Shown: positions 53,349 through 63,834, numbered from the stretch's first letter. The stretch: 64,000 bases of DNA from an uncultured archaeon (GCA_964342815.1 CAYFHS010000008.1:68813-132812), one strand, 5' to 3'. The notes: a model not told the origin generated them from the letters alone. Program-made: numbers and translations.

Positions 53349-53912
53349 TCATATGTGGATGTCCATCCATGCCTCCTCGAAAGAGTCAACCACATCGTCG
53401 GCGAAACCTTTTTTATATGTAACTAGAGCGAGAGCTACCTCTTCCGGATTCTTGACATAGTACCGTTTCTTCCGCCCGATCTTCTCAAAAAAGATGCAGC
53501 CTGATTGTACTATCTTGTTTATATGATACGAAAAGGTCGAAGCCGAGATATTGAATTCGGATTTAATCTCCCCGTGACTCGCCCCCTTGTTCAGCAGTAT
53601 ATATATGATGATGTCTCGAAGTGTCTTCTGGCGTAGTATCCCAAGAAGGTCCTTGTCCTGGGTTTTCAGCGTATCGCGTATGTAATATCTTTTGTACCCA
53701 CCACTCCTCTTCGAGACGATGAGTTCCTTGTCCTCCATGTATTTCAGGTGGTAATCCACGACACCTGTTGGTAATTTCAATCCCCTGTAAAGAGCTCTGA
53801 AATGGCAACCCGGATGAGATGCAATATAATCGTATATGGTCTTCCGGGTGTCCAGTTCCAGTACGCCCTTGTGCTTCATGGGAAACCTCACCGTGTAAAG
53901 AGTAGTGCTCAT
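53349..53912 (-). CDS. Double winged helix-turn-helix transcriptional regulator
   Basis: TRKTIYDYIASHPGCHF...YHLKYME and a second HTH (STFSYHINK). Confidence 0.85.
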   Translation of the reverse strand: MSTTLYTVRFPMKHKGVLELDTRKTIYDYIASHPGCHFRALYRGLKLPTGVVDYHLKYMEDKELIVSKRSGGYKRYYIRDTLKTQDKDLLGILRQKTLRDIIIYILLNKGASHGEIKSEFNISASTFSYHINKIVQSGCIFFEKIGRKKRYYVKNPEEVALALVTYKKGFADDVVDSFEEAWMDIHI

Positions 53913-54337
53913 TTCCTGAATATAGAGAGATATAACACTATCAAGATAATCATTTCGATCAATATCACGGCATCAAGGATATAGGCTATGTTTCCCATAT
54001 TATCCAGAAGACTGGTAAAAAGGGTTATAACGGCCAGAGCAATTCCCCTGATGAAAAATAGACAAAAGGCAATCGTTATCTTGAGTATTTTCGGATTTCT
54101 TGTTCTTCGGTAGGACATTGCAGCAACGTAAGATATACACAGCGAAAAAACCACGATGCCGCCTAAGAGAGCATCCCAGATCAATTCAGGCCAGGCCGTT
54201 ATTATTCCACCTCCAGAGGATTCAGCAGAATCGGTTCCTATGAGCCCTTTGAAAAGGGTTTCACCCCAAACGGGTGGGCTCACGCCCACGGGCGATGCGG
54301 GCATCGCTATTTGATTCGGGGTGCATGCACCCCTCAT
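53909..54337 (-). CDS. Small three-TM membrane protein, translationally coupled to the wHTH gene; 5' end uncertain
   Basis: Three hydrophobic segments; 4-nt overlap with the next gene. The N-terminal about 32 codons coincide with the palindromic element. Confidence 0.65.
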   Translation of the reverse strand: MRGACTPNQIAMPASPVGVSPPVWGETLFKGLIGTDSAESSGGGIITAWPELIWDALLGGIVVFSLCISYVAAMSYRRTRNPKILKITIAFCLFFIRGIALAVITLFTSLLDNMGNIAYILDAVILIEMIILIVLYLSIFRK

Positions 54338-54339
54338 GG
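54243..54339 (-). mobile_element. Second member of the miniature palindromic element family
   Basis: Reverse complement of 54243-54270 (TTTGGGGTGAAACCCTTTTCAAAGGGCT) matches 275-303 at 25/29 columns. Both start with CCATGA and share a GGTGC..GCACC hairpin. Confidence 0.55.
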
Positions 54340-54858
54340 GGACTGCGATTCTGCGAATATTTTCATAAGCGCAGAGCTCGACATTTATCGTGCTATGTGC
54401 TTATGTCAATATCATGCGCTGCAAGGTTATTACTGGATTTGATGATCCCGAATCAACCTCCGAACGCAATGACCTTGAACTAACTTCCGCTTGTATTATT
54501 AACTTTGCCTATAAATTACTAATAACGTCCCAGAGGCATTGCTGCGAGCGAATAAATGAACGATAGTAGAAAAGTGGGCACGGGACCGCCAGGTGATGTA
54601 TGGAAGGAGCAGGTGATATTGGTTGTTACTGCAAGATGCGCGTTTTGCAGCAACTAATTTAATTAACCGGCCCCTGTGCCCTAGGAAATGATTTACCTAC
54701 GTTTATTGTCATTGATTCTCGGGACTATATAATTGGCTTGTTCATGAACAGAGTTGAAACAATTAACTATTCAATCTTGGAATCAATAAAGGTGCAATGG
54801 GTACAGGTCAGAATTACGTAAATTTTATTGAAAAAACGAACAGGCACCAGCATAATTG

Positions 54859-54993
54859 AGGATCAAGAAATAAACCCTGATTCCAGACGAATGGACTATT
54901 TCGAACGGTACGCTAACACCAACTCTTAAAGTAAAACGAAAAGTGGTGGAAGAAAAGTACCCTGACTTGATAGATAAAATCTATTTAGAGTAA
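54859..54993 (+). pseudogene. C-terminal remnant of a long-chain acyl-CoA synthetase (FadD-like)
   Basis: Translates as [43 protein letters not shown], the LTPTLKxKR tail typical of this family. It has an internal stop and no upstream body. Confidence 0.7.
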
Positions 54994-57981
54994 TAATTCT
55001 TCGAGAAGCCGTTTCATCTCCTTTCTGTGATCACTCCTTCCCTTCAGCAGTATCCCCACAATCAGGAAAGAGAAAATAAATGCCCCCACCGGTATCGCAT
55101 ATAGTAAAAAATTCGACTTGGTATTTTCTATTATAATCTCATCATTATCCACCGAAGAATAATCGTCCGCGTATCTATTTGGAACTCTTTTTTCTTCCGG
55201 CTCCTCTAGATAAACAGTTATCACTGCGTCCGGGGTGGCTCGATCTTTGAGAGTTCCAAAAATTTTAATCGTATGCGGCCCCAAAGCCATCTTTCTCACG
55301 TCAAGCTTATAATCCCAGGAAGACCAGTCTCCGGTAACAGATCGGTCAACAGCCCCTCTCAGGCGACCATTGTCAACCAAGATATATACGGCATCCAGCT
55401 CTTTGTTCCCGCCATGGTCGCCCTTGATCTCGATCTCGTCAGTGAACACCTCCAAATTATTTGGAATTTTAATGTTGATTTTTTTCAGTTCCACCTGCGG
55501 TTTCACCAATATATCATACATTTGGGTTGATCGCGCTCCATAAGAATCGCTAACGGTAATAGTTACCAATTTCGTACCCGCTTCTCTAAAAACGTATTCC
55601 AGCTTGTTACCTTTCTCTCCTACCAATTCAGTGGTCCCCACAACCCAGGAATATTCCAACCGGTCTCCTTCCGGGTCGCGAGTCCTCCCCGCATCAAAGA
55701 CTACCCTCTCAAGGACCTCAATCTCCTGGGGATAGTCTACATTGACTTTAGGCGCTCCGTTCACCCTGACGTAAAACAAATCTTTGTCTGTACCGCTCAA
55801 TTCATCCCTCACAAGTAAAGTTATGGGAAACCTGCCCCTGGAGGGGAATTCCCAGCTCACCTTCTTTCCGTATTTTGTTCTTTCTCCGTCACTCCATTCA
55901 TAGCTGAGAAAATGATCGTCAATATCGAATGAGCCTCCATCCTGGAGCACAAAGGACTCGTTCTGATTTACCACCAAATCCTCTGGTGCCACTGCCACTG
56001 GTAAACTATTTTCTCTTACGTAAAGGACGATTTCCTTTACTGCGGACATACCCCGTCCATCACTAACGTTGAGTATGACATAGTTTCTACCGGGAATAGA
56101 AAAGAATACCCTAAAGGAGGACCCAAAGCTATCGGTATTCCCATTGTCGCCCATGGTCCAGGTAAAATCAATAGGGTCTCCATCCGGGTCCGAGCAGTTC
56201 CGCGCGTCTATTGTCACATTTTCGAATATCAGCGGCTGCTGTTCCGACAGCCAAACATCGATTTCAGGAGGATTATTTATTCTGAGGACGGTAAGTTCCA
56301 GCGAATCCATTGCCTCATTCCCTACCTTGTCCACAATTTTAAGCACGGCGGTGTAATCTCCCGGTTCGTGATAAGTGTAACTCACCACAGATCCCTCCGA
56401 ATCGAAAATACCATCGTCCTGAAAATCCCAATGATAAGCGATAATCTCTATTCCTTCGGGATGATAGGAAGCTGTTGCGTTGAAGATAATCTCCTCCCCT
56501 TGGATCAATGTTACATTCTCACCTGCAATGGCGACTGGAGGTTTAAATGGAATCTCCGAAAGTCGGATTGAAATTATTTCGTCTGCATCTTTGTGGTTGA
56601 TTATATCTAGGGTAATATGTTTCCACCGTGGATCGGTGGTGTCTATGACGAATTCATTCTCTCCAACGGCGAGCTCGATAATTTCTACATTGTCTGCTCC
56701 GGATGATTCATTACCCTTTCCAATTATGGCAAGAGACATGTCGTCCCCAGCAGTGATCATGACCTCGGTGGGTCTCGCCGTTCGGTTCATTTGAACGTAA
56801 AAGGGCGCATATGCATTTATTTCCCTATTCTCATTTAATGTGGCATTTTCCACTAACAAGGTGGGTTGGATCGAAATGTCCATGGAATCATAACCCCAAG
56901 TACCGGCTCCAATCTCATCGTTATTCAGAAGATTCGCCACAGTCCAATTACGGAAAAAAGAGTTGAATTTCTCCATAGAACCGCTTAGGTTAAAAAAATT
57001 ATTTATCCCATCGATCCCTTGATATTTCTCGTCGGACCCTGGATCAAAGGAAAAACCGTCGCGAAGGATCAGGCCTGAAGAATCCAGACCTTCGAACTGA
57101 TCATAGATATATTGCTGGAACACGTATGCAATTCCGTACTGGGCCCAATTAATATAAGGATAGTTGGAATATGACTTCCAGTTCAGTGAGATTGAGTTCA
57201 GATTTTCGAAATATTTCATAAATGAGTTGGTTCGCGGCTCTCCATAAAGGTGCATCTTCGCTATTTCCGCAAGCCCCTCATCGATCCATCTCTCCTCTGC
57301 CTTGTCATAATTATTCTGGATCTGGTGGGTTAACTCGTGGGAGATAACCATCTTGCCTGGGTCATAATATAGATTCAAGTACAGAAGATCGAGGCCGTTG
57401 GGATCATTGGGATGAAAGTAACCTGCAATTCCATTGTTTCCCATATTATAATAGAGAATGTAAATCCTAGCATCGCCGTCGATATCACCGGGTGTACCCA
57501 TTATAGTGGACAACTCCGGGAAGATTCGTTCATCGAATTCCTCCACTAGTTCTTCGGGAAAAAAAAGATAACCTTCTTCAACATAGAGATAGCAGTTCTC
57601 CCCCGTCTTTTTCAGCTCGGCAGTGATGGTATTTCCACCGGAGACAATGAATTCTCTCGTTTCACCTCGAGAAGAGGATCCGGATCGACGGGTCTGATCA
57701 GAAGTATCGCCCAGTTGTGGACATATACGCAGTTCGGAATTAATTTCCAAAATATAATCTTCCTGGCTACGAGGATCACTCATATATTTTAAGGGAATTG
57801 GTCTTTGAGAGTCGATAGCGGTGACGGGGATCGAAATTATCGGTACGGATCCAATCTCCGATAAAGAGGATTTAGAGCTTGAGATCACGCCGCAAAGGCT
57901 GGAAAACAGCAGTAAAGCTGCTATGAATATAGCTCCGCGAAATGAAATAATTATGGAAAAATTGTCCCGCGGCCGGTACAT
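54985..57981 (-). CDS. Membrane-anchored extracellular zinc metallopeptidase with PKD domains
   Basis: N-terminal signal/TM; HELTH...WIDEGLAE zinc motif; several PKD repeats; C-terminal TM. Confidence 0.82.
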   Translation of the reverse strand: MYRPRDNFSIIISFRGAIFIAALLLFSSLCGVISSSKSSLSEIGSVPIISIPVTAIDSQRPIPLKYMSDPRSQEDYILEINSELRICPQLGDTSDQTRRSGSSSRGETREFIVSGGNTITAELKKTGENCYLYVEEGYLFFPEELVEEFDERIFPELSTIMGTPGDIDGDARIYILYYNMGNNGIAGYFHPNDPNGLDLLYLNLYYDPGKMVISHELTHQIQNNYDKAEERWIDEGLAEIAKMHLYGEPRTNSFMKYFENLNSISLNWKSYSNYPYINWAQYGIAYVFQQYIYDQFEGLDSSGLILRDGFSFDPGSDEKYQGIDGINNFFNLSGSMEKFNSFFRNWTVANLLNNDEIGAGTWGYDSMDISIQPTLLVENATLNENREINAYAPFYVQMNRTARPTEVMITAGDDMSLAIIGKGNESSGADNVEIIELAVGENEFVIDTTDPRWKHITLDIINHKDADEIISIRLSEIPFKPPVAIAGENVTLIQGEEIIFNATASYHPEGIEIIAYHWDFQDDGIFDSEGSVVSYTYHEPGDYTAVLKIVDKVGNEAMDSLELTVLRINNPPEIDVWLSEQQPLIFENVTIDARNCSDPDGDPIDFTWTMGDNGNTDSFGSSFRVFFSIPGRNYVILNVSDGRGMSAVKEIVLYVRENSLPVAVAPEDLVVNQNESFVLQDGGSFDIDDHFLSYEWSDGERTKYGKKVSWEFPSRGRFPITLLVRDELSGTDKDLFYVRVNGAPKVNVDYPQEIEVLERVVFDAGRTRDPEGDRLEYSWVVGTTELVGEKGNKLEYVFREAGTKLVTITVSDSYGARSTQMYDILVKPQVELKKINIKIPNNLEVFTDEIEIKGDHGGNKELDAVYILVDNGRLRGAVDRSVTGDWSSWDYKLDVRKMALGPHTIKIFGTLKDRATPDAVITVYLEEPEEKRVPNRYADDYSSVDNDEIIIENTKSNFLLYAIPVGAFIFSFLIVGILLKGRSDHRKEMKRLLEELLL

Positions 57982-57983
57982 TT

Positions 57984-58193
57984 TTATCCTCCTGAGGCTA
58001 CGTTCACTAGGGTGATGGAATCTCCATCAGCCAACTCCTGGTCGCATGGAATAATCGTGTTGTTCCTGAGACAGATCGTAATATCAACGAACATACCCAG
58101 TTTTTCCATCAGATCGAATGGAGTTGAATGGGTCGGCATATCCACCGTTTCTGAAAAATCTCGGCCGGTCTTTTTAATAACGGTGATCTTCAT
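57984..58193 (-). CDS. Ubiquitin-like ThiS/MoaD-family protein (SAMP-like)
   Basis: 69 aa, beta-grasp-like pattern, ends LADGDSITLVNVASGG. Confidence 0.85.
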   Translation of the reverse strand: MKITVIKKTGRDFSETVDMPTHSTPFDLMEKLGMFVDITICLRNNTIIPCDQELADGDSITLVNVASGG

Positions 58194-58245
58194 CTATGTC
58201 CCTCTCTACTCAACAAGAATATTCGAAATAATATCATATAGGATA

Positions 58246-59892
58246 CTATGATCCAATAGCCTCCACATTGAATTCAAAGGCGATAATGGGATTTGAAAGG
58301 GAAAACCTTGTTATGGTACGGGGATGAAGTTCTCCGAAAATCCCGACAGGATCATTCCCTATGATCACCTGACCCGTCCTTCCTGGAACGAAGGATGGGT
58401 GCTCCACTGGTACTATGTCATAGTCGGCTAACCCGAAAGAAGACAGGAGTGATTTCACTAGTCCTTTAATTTCGGTAAATGAGGCCTTTCTGTGAATTGC
58501 CAATCCCCCCACTTTCCGAATATTTTTACCGTTCAGCACGACGTCCCCCACTTCGAATATACGCTGGGGCAGGTCACGGTGAAGATTGGACTTCAGTATA
58601 TTGAGCAGTGTCGGTAGTAGCCAAACCCGGATATTGGTATGATCCTTACTGATAGGATTCCTGATTATAACCCTTTCACCAACGGGCATTCCCATTTTCT
58701 TGAACTGATCATCATCATTGGACAGTGCGAGAGTCATTGCCTCGAGATACCCATTACCCACGAAGAAATATTTTATGTCCTCGCATATCCCCTCCAAGGG
58801 ACGGGTCTCGCCGAAGGTCATTGACCGTGGAAGCAGAGGTGAAAAATTGTCATATCCGTATCCAACGGCCACATCCTCGATGAGGTCAACCGGATGAAGT
58901 ATATCGGTTCGGTAGGCCGGAATATTCACGATCAATCCATTTTCACCGCTACCTTCCGAAGGAAATGAGTCAAAACCCATTTTTGACAGGGCTAGCGAGA
59001 TATCATCCCCGCTAAAGTCCGTACCAAGAAATCGGTTTGTCATGGATACATCAAGTTTCATATCCCGGGTATTCAGGTCCGGGAGTATCTCGGTATGATC
59101 CGGATACTTGACCTCAACAGTAAATATCTGACCACCCCGTTCCGCCAGCATTGTGGCTAGAATGTTCAGGGCATAATATACGGTCTTCCGGTCATTTCCC
59201 GTTACATCCAGGAATAAATTTGTTGTGGTCTCGGTGACTGCGGTCAATTCACCATTTATGATGGGAGGGAATGACAACACATCCCAGTTGCTGTCGATGA
59301 TGATGGGGTACCGATCAAATCCTTCCAAGGTGAAAGCGTAATCCATACCTTTCTCGTGTTTTCGAAGAATTTCCGCCAGGTCCATTTCCTCATCCATGAA
59401 GAGAGGTACGAAGGTTATTCCCTCCGGGTCAATGGCCTTGTAAGTAAAAGGCGGTACCACCTGATCGTAGTCATGCACTCCAATGGCCACCTTAACGCGT
59501 TTTCGCCCCAGGGTCAGGTGCAGTTTTTCCTGTATCCCCATCACGGATTGTATCAGGGGATCAGTCATTTCCACCCCTTTTATCAGAGCCGCTCCAACAA
59601 AGGGCCGTATCCCGGAGACCGAGTCTTCCACGTTCATTACAATATCACTTTTTATTAATGGATATTGTTTAAGTCCGGTCTCAAAGCCCAGGAACGATCT
59701 CATAGCCCTCGCAACCCCTTCAACAGAGTAAAGGTCGGGCCGGTCCGGGAAGAATTCAATTTCAAGCTCGTCTCCTTCGAACTTGCTGACGTCGGAACCC
59801 AGCATCGCCACCTTTTCGACGAATTGGTCCTTATCCACGGTCTTTCCTATCAGTTCACAAAGATCGTGAAAGCTCATTGATATCGTGGGCAT
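58246..59892 (-). CDS. pheT: Phenylalanine--tRNA ligase beta subunit, archaeal type
   Basis: PDRPDLYSVEG, QEKLH, SFPPIIN, YRTDILHPVDLIEDVAVGYGY, GELHP. Start MPTI at 59892. Confidence 0.95.
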   Translation of the reverse strand: MPTISMSFHDLCELIGKTVDKDQFVEKVAMLGSDVSKFEGDELEIEFFPDRPDLYSVEGVARAMRSFLGFETGLKQYPLIKSDIVMNVEDSVSGIRPFVGAALIKGVEMTDPLIQSVMGIQEKLHLTLGRKRVKVAIGVHDYDQVVPPFTYKAIDPEGITFVPLFMDEEMDLAEILRKHEKGMDYAFTLEGFDRYPIIIDSNWDVLSFPPIINGELTAVTETTTNLFLDVTGNDRKTVYYALNILATMLAERGGQIFTVEVKYPDHTEILPDLNTRDMKLDVSMTNRFLGTDFSGDDISLALSKMGFDSFPSEGSGENGLIVNIPAYRTDILHPVDLIEDVAVGYGYDNFSPLLPRSMTFGETRPLEGICEDIKYFFVGNGYLEAMTLALSNDDDQFKKMGMPVGERVIIRNPISKDHTNIRVWLLPTLLNILKSNLHRDLPQRIFEVGDVVLNGKNIRKVGGLAIHRKASFTEIKGLVKSLLSSFGLADYDIVPVEHPSFVPGRTGQVIIGNDPVGIFGELHPRTITRFSLSNPIIAFEFNVEAIGS

Positions 59893-59938
59893 TATATCGA
59901 GCGGGTAATACAATATCAAACTATTTTTAGTTTCCCAC

Positions 59939-60050
59939 CTGAACCTTTTTGACGCATGGTTGCGCTGGAAAGTACTGGAGGCCTTTGTTGCACAAGTGCT
60001 CCTGTATCTTCCAGCAGGCGTGCTGTAAGATGCATGCTAAAAAGGTTCAG
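59939..60050. other. 112-nt long imperfect hairpin with a 12-bp perfect terminal inverted repeat
   Basis: CTGAACCTTTTT (59939-59950) / AAAAAGGTTCAG (60039-60050); inner arms 59964-59980 and 59999-60015 are complementary at 14/17. Confidence 0.6.
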
Positions 60051-60412
60051 CATTTACAAAAATCCCGACCTTCCCTGCTCACCATACCATAGTATAATAA
60101 TGCCAGAAGGGACGAATAAATCTTTACATGGGATCGCTTGTGCCTGCTCGCGCGGTATAGAGGTTATTATGCTGGAAGGGAAAATTGACTTACTCGTAGT
60201 TATCCGATAAGGTTTCAACAGAATATAGTGGTATGAATTCAATGGCGGATACCACAGTATTTGGGAAGGGATTATTTCATGAGAAGGTTTTAATACCAAT
60301 CTATTTATTGAGGTGGCCGACCGGTTATGGAAATCTTGTTTGGATTTACTTAATAAAACCGATGATTGATGAAGGATGATACGGAGAGTAATGTCCTAAA
60401 GGAGGTTTATAG

Positions 60413-60784
60413 ATGGCAAAAGCAAAATATGTATTGTTCGAGATGTCCGAAGATATGAAAATGAGGACATATGAAGCGGTGGAAATGGCAAAGAACACCG
60501 GCAAAGTGAAAAAGGGGACCAACGAGGTCACGAAAGTGATCGAGCGCGCTCAGGCCAAATTCGTTGTGCTGGCTGAAGACGTATCCCCTCCGGAGATCCT
60601 CATTCACATTCCCTATTTGTGCAAGGAGAAGAACATTCCTTTCGCCTATGTTCCGCGAAAGAAAGAACTGGGTTATGCAGCCGGTCTTGGTGTATCCACC
60701 GGTGCAGTGGCCATAGTCAATCCAGGAAAGGCAAGAGTGCTTCTGGAAGAACTCAGCAACAATGTGAAAAACCTAATAAAATAA
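60413..60784 (+). CDS. rpl7ae: 50S ribosomal protein L7Ae
   Basis: GKVKKGTNEVTKVIERA, AEDVSPPEI, KKELGYAAGL. Confidence 0.97.
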   Translation: MAKAKYVLFEMSEDMKMRTYEAVEMAKNTGKVKKGTNEVTKVIERAQAKFVVLAEDVSPPEILIHIPYLCKEKNIPFAYVPRKKELGYAAGLGVSTGAVAIVNPGKARVLLEELSNNVKNLIK

Positions 60785-60813
60785 TTTAATCAGGATTGGA
60801 AGAGGGATGAAAC

Positions 60814-61020
60814 ATGGTTGAAGGAAGTCCTGCAGAGGTTGTTGAGGTAATTGGCCGGACCGGAATGACCGGAGAGGCACATCAGGTCAAGGTTCGTGTT
60901 CTGGACGGCAATGACAAGGGTAGGATCATCACCAGAAACGTGATGGGACCCATAAGAAAGGGTGACGTACTGCTCCTGCGCGAGACGGCCCGTGAGGCTA
61001 AGAAACTCACCAGCAGATAA
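60814..61020 (+). CDS. rps28e: 30S ribosomal protein S28e
   Basis: [18 protein letters not shown]...[22 protein letters not shown]. Confidence 0.97.
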   Translation: MVEGSPAEVVEVIGRTGMTGEAHQVKVRVLDGNDKGRIITRNVMGPIRKGDVLLLRETAREAKKLTSR

Positions 61021-61042
61021 ACATATTCTTGAGGTGATCATC

Positions 61043-61228
61043 ATGGTTAAGACAAAGGTTTGTTCATTCTGCGGTGAAAAGATCGAACCGGGTACCGGGA
61101 AGATGTTTGTTAAAACAGATGGGACTACATACCAGTTTTGCACCAATAAATGTCAGAAGAACATGCTGAAATTGAAACGTCTTCCCAGAAGAGTACGGTG
61201 GACGAAAAAATACGAACCGAAAAGGTAA
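61043..61228 (+). CDS. rpl24e: 50S ribosomal protein L24e
   Basis: CSFCGEKIEPGTGKMFVKTDG...FCTNKC...PRRVRWT; start 61043 after GAGGTGA. Confidence 0.96.
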   Translation: MVKTKVCSFCGEKIEPGTGKMFVKTDGTTYQFCTNKCQKNMLKLKRLPRRVRWTKKYEPKR

Positions 61229-61290
61229 TTCAAACTAATTTCTCTACCAATTAATTCCTTGAATATCATTCATCTTAGAGAGGTGGAAGA

Positions 61291-61755
61291 ATGGAACGCA
61301 CGTTCCTCATGCTTAAACCGGATACTGTTCAGAGAGGCCTGATAGGAAAGATCATCGGCCGCCTGGAGAGGCGGGGATTGAAACTTGTGGCAATGAAATT
61401 CATATGGATGGACAGAGCGTTTGCCGAGAGGCATTATGGGGAACACGTGGGCAAACCGTTCTTCGAGGATCTGGTAGGTTTTATCACTTCCGGTCCGGTT
61501 GTTCCCATGGTCTGGGAAGGTAAGAACATAGTGGAAGTAACCAGAGCTGTGATGGGGAAGACCAATCCCGTGGAGAGCGACGTGGGAACCATTCGGGATG
61601 ATTTTGCAATGGATCTGTCCATGAACATTATTCACGGGAGCGATTCCCGGGAAAGCGCAAAAAGGGAGATCGCCAATTTCTTTACCGAAGACGAGATCGT
61701 GAATTATACGAGAGTTGACGAGTGTTGGGTATATCCCAATATGAAATCCGTTTAA
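61291..61755 (+). CDS. ndk: Nucleoside diphosphate kinase
   Basis: ERTFLMLKPD, GTIRDDF, NIIHGSDS. Confidence 0.97.
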   Translation: MERTFLMLKPDTVQRGLIGKIIGRLERRGLKLVAMKFIWMDRAFAERHYGEHVGKPFFEDLVGFITSGPVVPMVWEGKNIVEVTRAVMGKTNPVESDVGTIRDDFAMDLSMNIIHGSDSRESAKREIANFFTEDEIVNYTRVDECWVYPNMKSV

Positions 61756-61911
61756 TCGATCTTAAATTACCAAATCCGTTAGGATATTTTTTGTCCTTTG
61801 GGAATCGATTATCTTATTTACGAATATACTGATACCAGATAATATTCGGAACTGTTTTAAATCCTTTTAAATACACAGTGAAATATATCCCTAATTCCAG
61901 GGAGTTAGACA

Positions 61912-63834
61912 ATGACCGGACTAATATCAAATTTCTTTAAGAGGTTCCCTAAGGTTTACTGGGTGGTTCTCAGCTTTGAGCTGCTGGAGCGAGGAGCTTA
62001 TTATTCCATGATGCCTCTATTGTCTATACATTTTTTCTATAATGTTGGATTGTCACAGGAACTTAGTATTTTACTCACTGTATTTATGTACCCTTTCCAG
62101 TATGCAATGCCGATATTTACCAGTGCTTTGGCTGAAAAAGTCGGGTATAAACGACAGATGATCTTTGGTTTTACAATACTGACTGGAGCATATATATTCC
62201 TATCTTTTGCCTATAATTCAATTACGGCCATCTTGGCTGTGATGATGATCGGATTTGGTATCGGATGTTATAAACCGCTAATATCCTCTACTATAGCCAA
62301 ATCAACGGACCAACAGGACCGAAACGTTGCCTACAGCATCTATTATTGGATAGTAAATTTCGCTGCGACCTTCTTTGCGCTGACCTGGGGTTTACTGATG
62401 GTGTTCGACGTTATTCCGAAATCCGCATTTGCATGGATATTCAGGGTCAGTGCAGTATACTTTTTGTTTAACATTGTGATTGCTTCATTAATCTTCAAGG
62501 AAGTTCCCAGAAGCGGTCAGGTAAAGACCCTGAGAAATGTAACTTCCAATATCGCTACCGCTTTCAAGGATAAAAAATTCGTTATTATGATGCTGTTAAT
62601 TGCTGGATTCTGGGCGCTTTATTCCACTACCCTTGCGCCTTTTATCATGATTATGTATGGATATCGATTTATACCGATTTGGATACCAGTAATTCTCCTG
62701 GGGGTAATTAATCCCGGTACCATAATACTGCTAGGCGTACCTTTATCAAAGTTTGCCGAAAAGATCGAATCCATCAAATTGTTAATGGGCGGTGTATTTG
62801 TATATTTAATAGGTCTGTCACTAATTACTTTCTTTTTAGAAATTTTACCATTGGTAATTCTGGGAATGGTAATTTATTCCATTGGAGAATTCATGGTGGC
62901 CCCGGGTTATCTTGCATTCGTTTCAAAACTGGCACCCAAGGAAAAGATTTCAGCGTATATCGGATGTAATTTCCTAGCATCCTTCACAGGCATCTTTGGT
63001 GGTGCTTTGATATTCGGTCTGGTGGCCAGTATTGTTGGAGTGGATATGGCCCGACCCCATTTCTTCTACGGACTCCTTATGGCATTCGGTTTCATAATAT
63101 TAATTCTATTTATAGTATATTACAAAGCCTGGGGCCAGGAGATCATTGGAAGAGCAAAGAAGATCGAAGCCAAGGAAAAATGCTGCGAGGTGGAGGACCT
63201 GGTGGATAAAACAGCGGGAAAGGAACCGTTCATCTTCAAGATATTCGACAAGAGGAGTACCCAGGTTATTGCCGCCTTGCTCATTCCCATAGTTCTTGTC
63301 GGCAGCTATGCTATGGGAACCAATGTATTCTTTCCTCCTGACGATGATGATGATGAAGCAATAGTGTTCACACTAGACGACTTCGAAATAGTCGCAGGTA
63401 TTAGTGCCGAATCATCAGGGAATCTACAGGAAGGGGAATCGGAAATAGTCTCCATCGTTCCATTTGGATTGGAAGAAGGAGAATTGTTGAAATCAGTGAC
63501 CATCGAATTGGTCTGGACGGATGAAGACGACTTTACCCGCCTTTTCAGGACCTGGGAGAACCAACCCGATCATTTCCAACTTTCCGTTAGTTCTGGAGGA
63601 AATCCCACTATGACAGAAACTGGTGCAAATAGCCATGGGCAAGAAGGCAGAATATCAATAACGATGGAGTTTGACCATGACTCAAGCAAATCATTGAACG
63701 GTACGGAGGATTGGGTTATCGAGGTCACACTTGTCAACTGCGAGAACCTTGAAAATCCTACATCCCCCATTGCTTATACCGATTCTTCAAATGATTATGA
63801 GGTTTTTACCACCAGTGAGGTTTATAAACCATAG
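61912..63834 (+). CDS. MFS transporter (POT/PTR2-like) with an extra TM and a C-terminal soluble domain
   Basis: FELLERGAYY resembles the ExxERFxYY POT signature; about 12 TM segments, a further TM, then about 170 aa of acidic soluble sequence. Confidence 0.82.
   Translation: MTGLISNFFKRFPKVYWVVLSFELLERGAYYSMMPLLSIHFFYNVGLSQELSILLTVFMYPFQYAMPIFTSALAEKVGYKRQMIFGFTILTGAYIFLSFAYNSITAILAVMMIGFGIGCYKPLISSTIAKSTDQQDRNVAYSIYYWIVNFAATFFALTWGLLMVFDVIPKSAFAWIFRVSAVYFLFNIVIASLIFKEVPRSGQVKTLRNVTSNIATAFKDKKFVIMMLLIAGFWALYSTTLAPFIMIMYGYRFIPIWIPVILLGVINPGTIILLGVPLSKFAEKIESIKLLMGGVFVYLIGLSLITFFLEILPLVILGMVIYSIGEFMVAPGYLAFVSKLAPKEKISAYIGCNFLASFTGIFGGALIFGLVASIVGVDMARPHFFYGLLMAFGFIILILFIVYYKAWGQEIIGRAKKIEAKEKCCEVEDLVDKTAGKEPFIFKIFDKRSTQVIAALLIPIVLVGSYAMGTNVFFPPDDDDDEAIVFTLDDFEIVAGISAESSGNLQEGESEIVSIVPFGLEEGELLKSVTIELVWTDEDDFTRLFRTWENQPDHFQLSVSSGGNPTMTETGANSHGQEGRISITMEFDHDSSKSLNGTEDWVIEVTLVNCENLENPTSPIAYTDSSNDYEVFTTSEVYKP

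Noticed and set aside
54586-54612. SRP RNA helix 8 (CCAGG...GGAAGGAGCA)
   Set aside because: Spacing between CAGG and AGCA is 14 nt with no 3-bp stem closing a GNRA loop; the rest of SRP RNA is not evident.
59932-60052. Integron attC site
   Set aside because: The ends do not fit RYYYAAC/GTTRRRY on either strand, and no integron integrase is present.
60361-60412. K-turn autoregulatory leader of rpl7ae
   Set aside because: UGAUGA-like words and a weak AGGA/UCCU stem are present, but I could not build the tandem G-A pairs with a 3-nt bulge.
59-63770. Numerous short antisense or alternative-frame ORFs nested in confident genes
   Set aside because: Shadow ORFs with no domain evidence that fully overlap well-supported CDSs.
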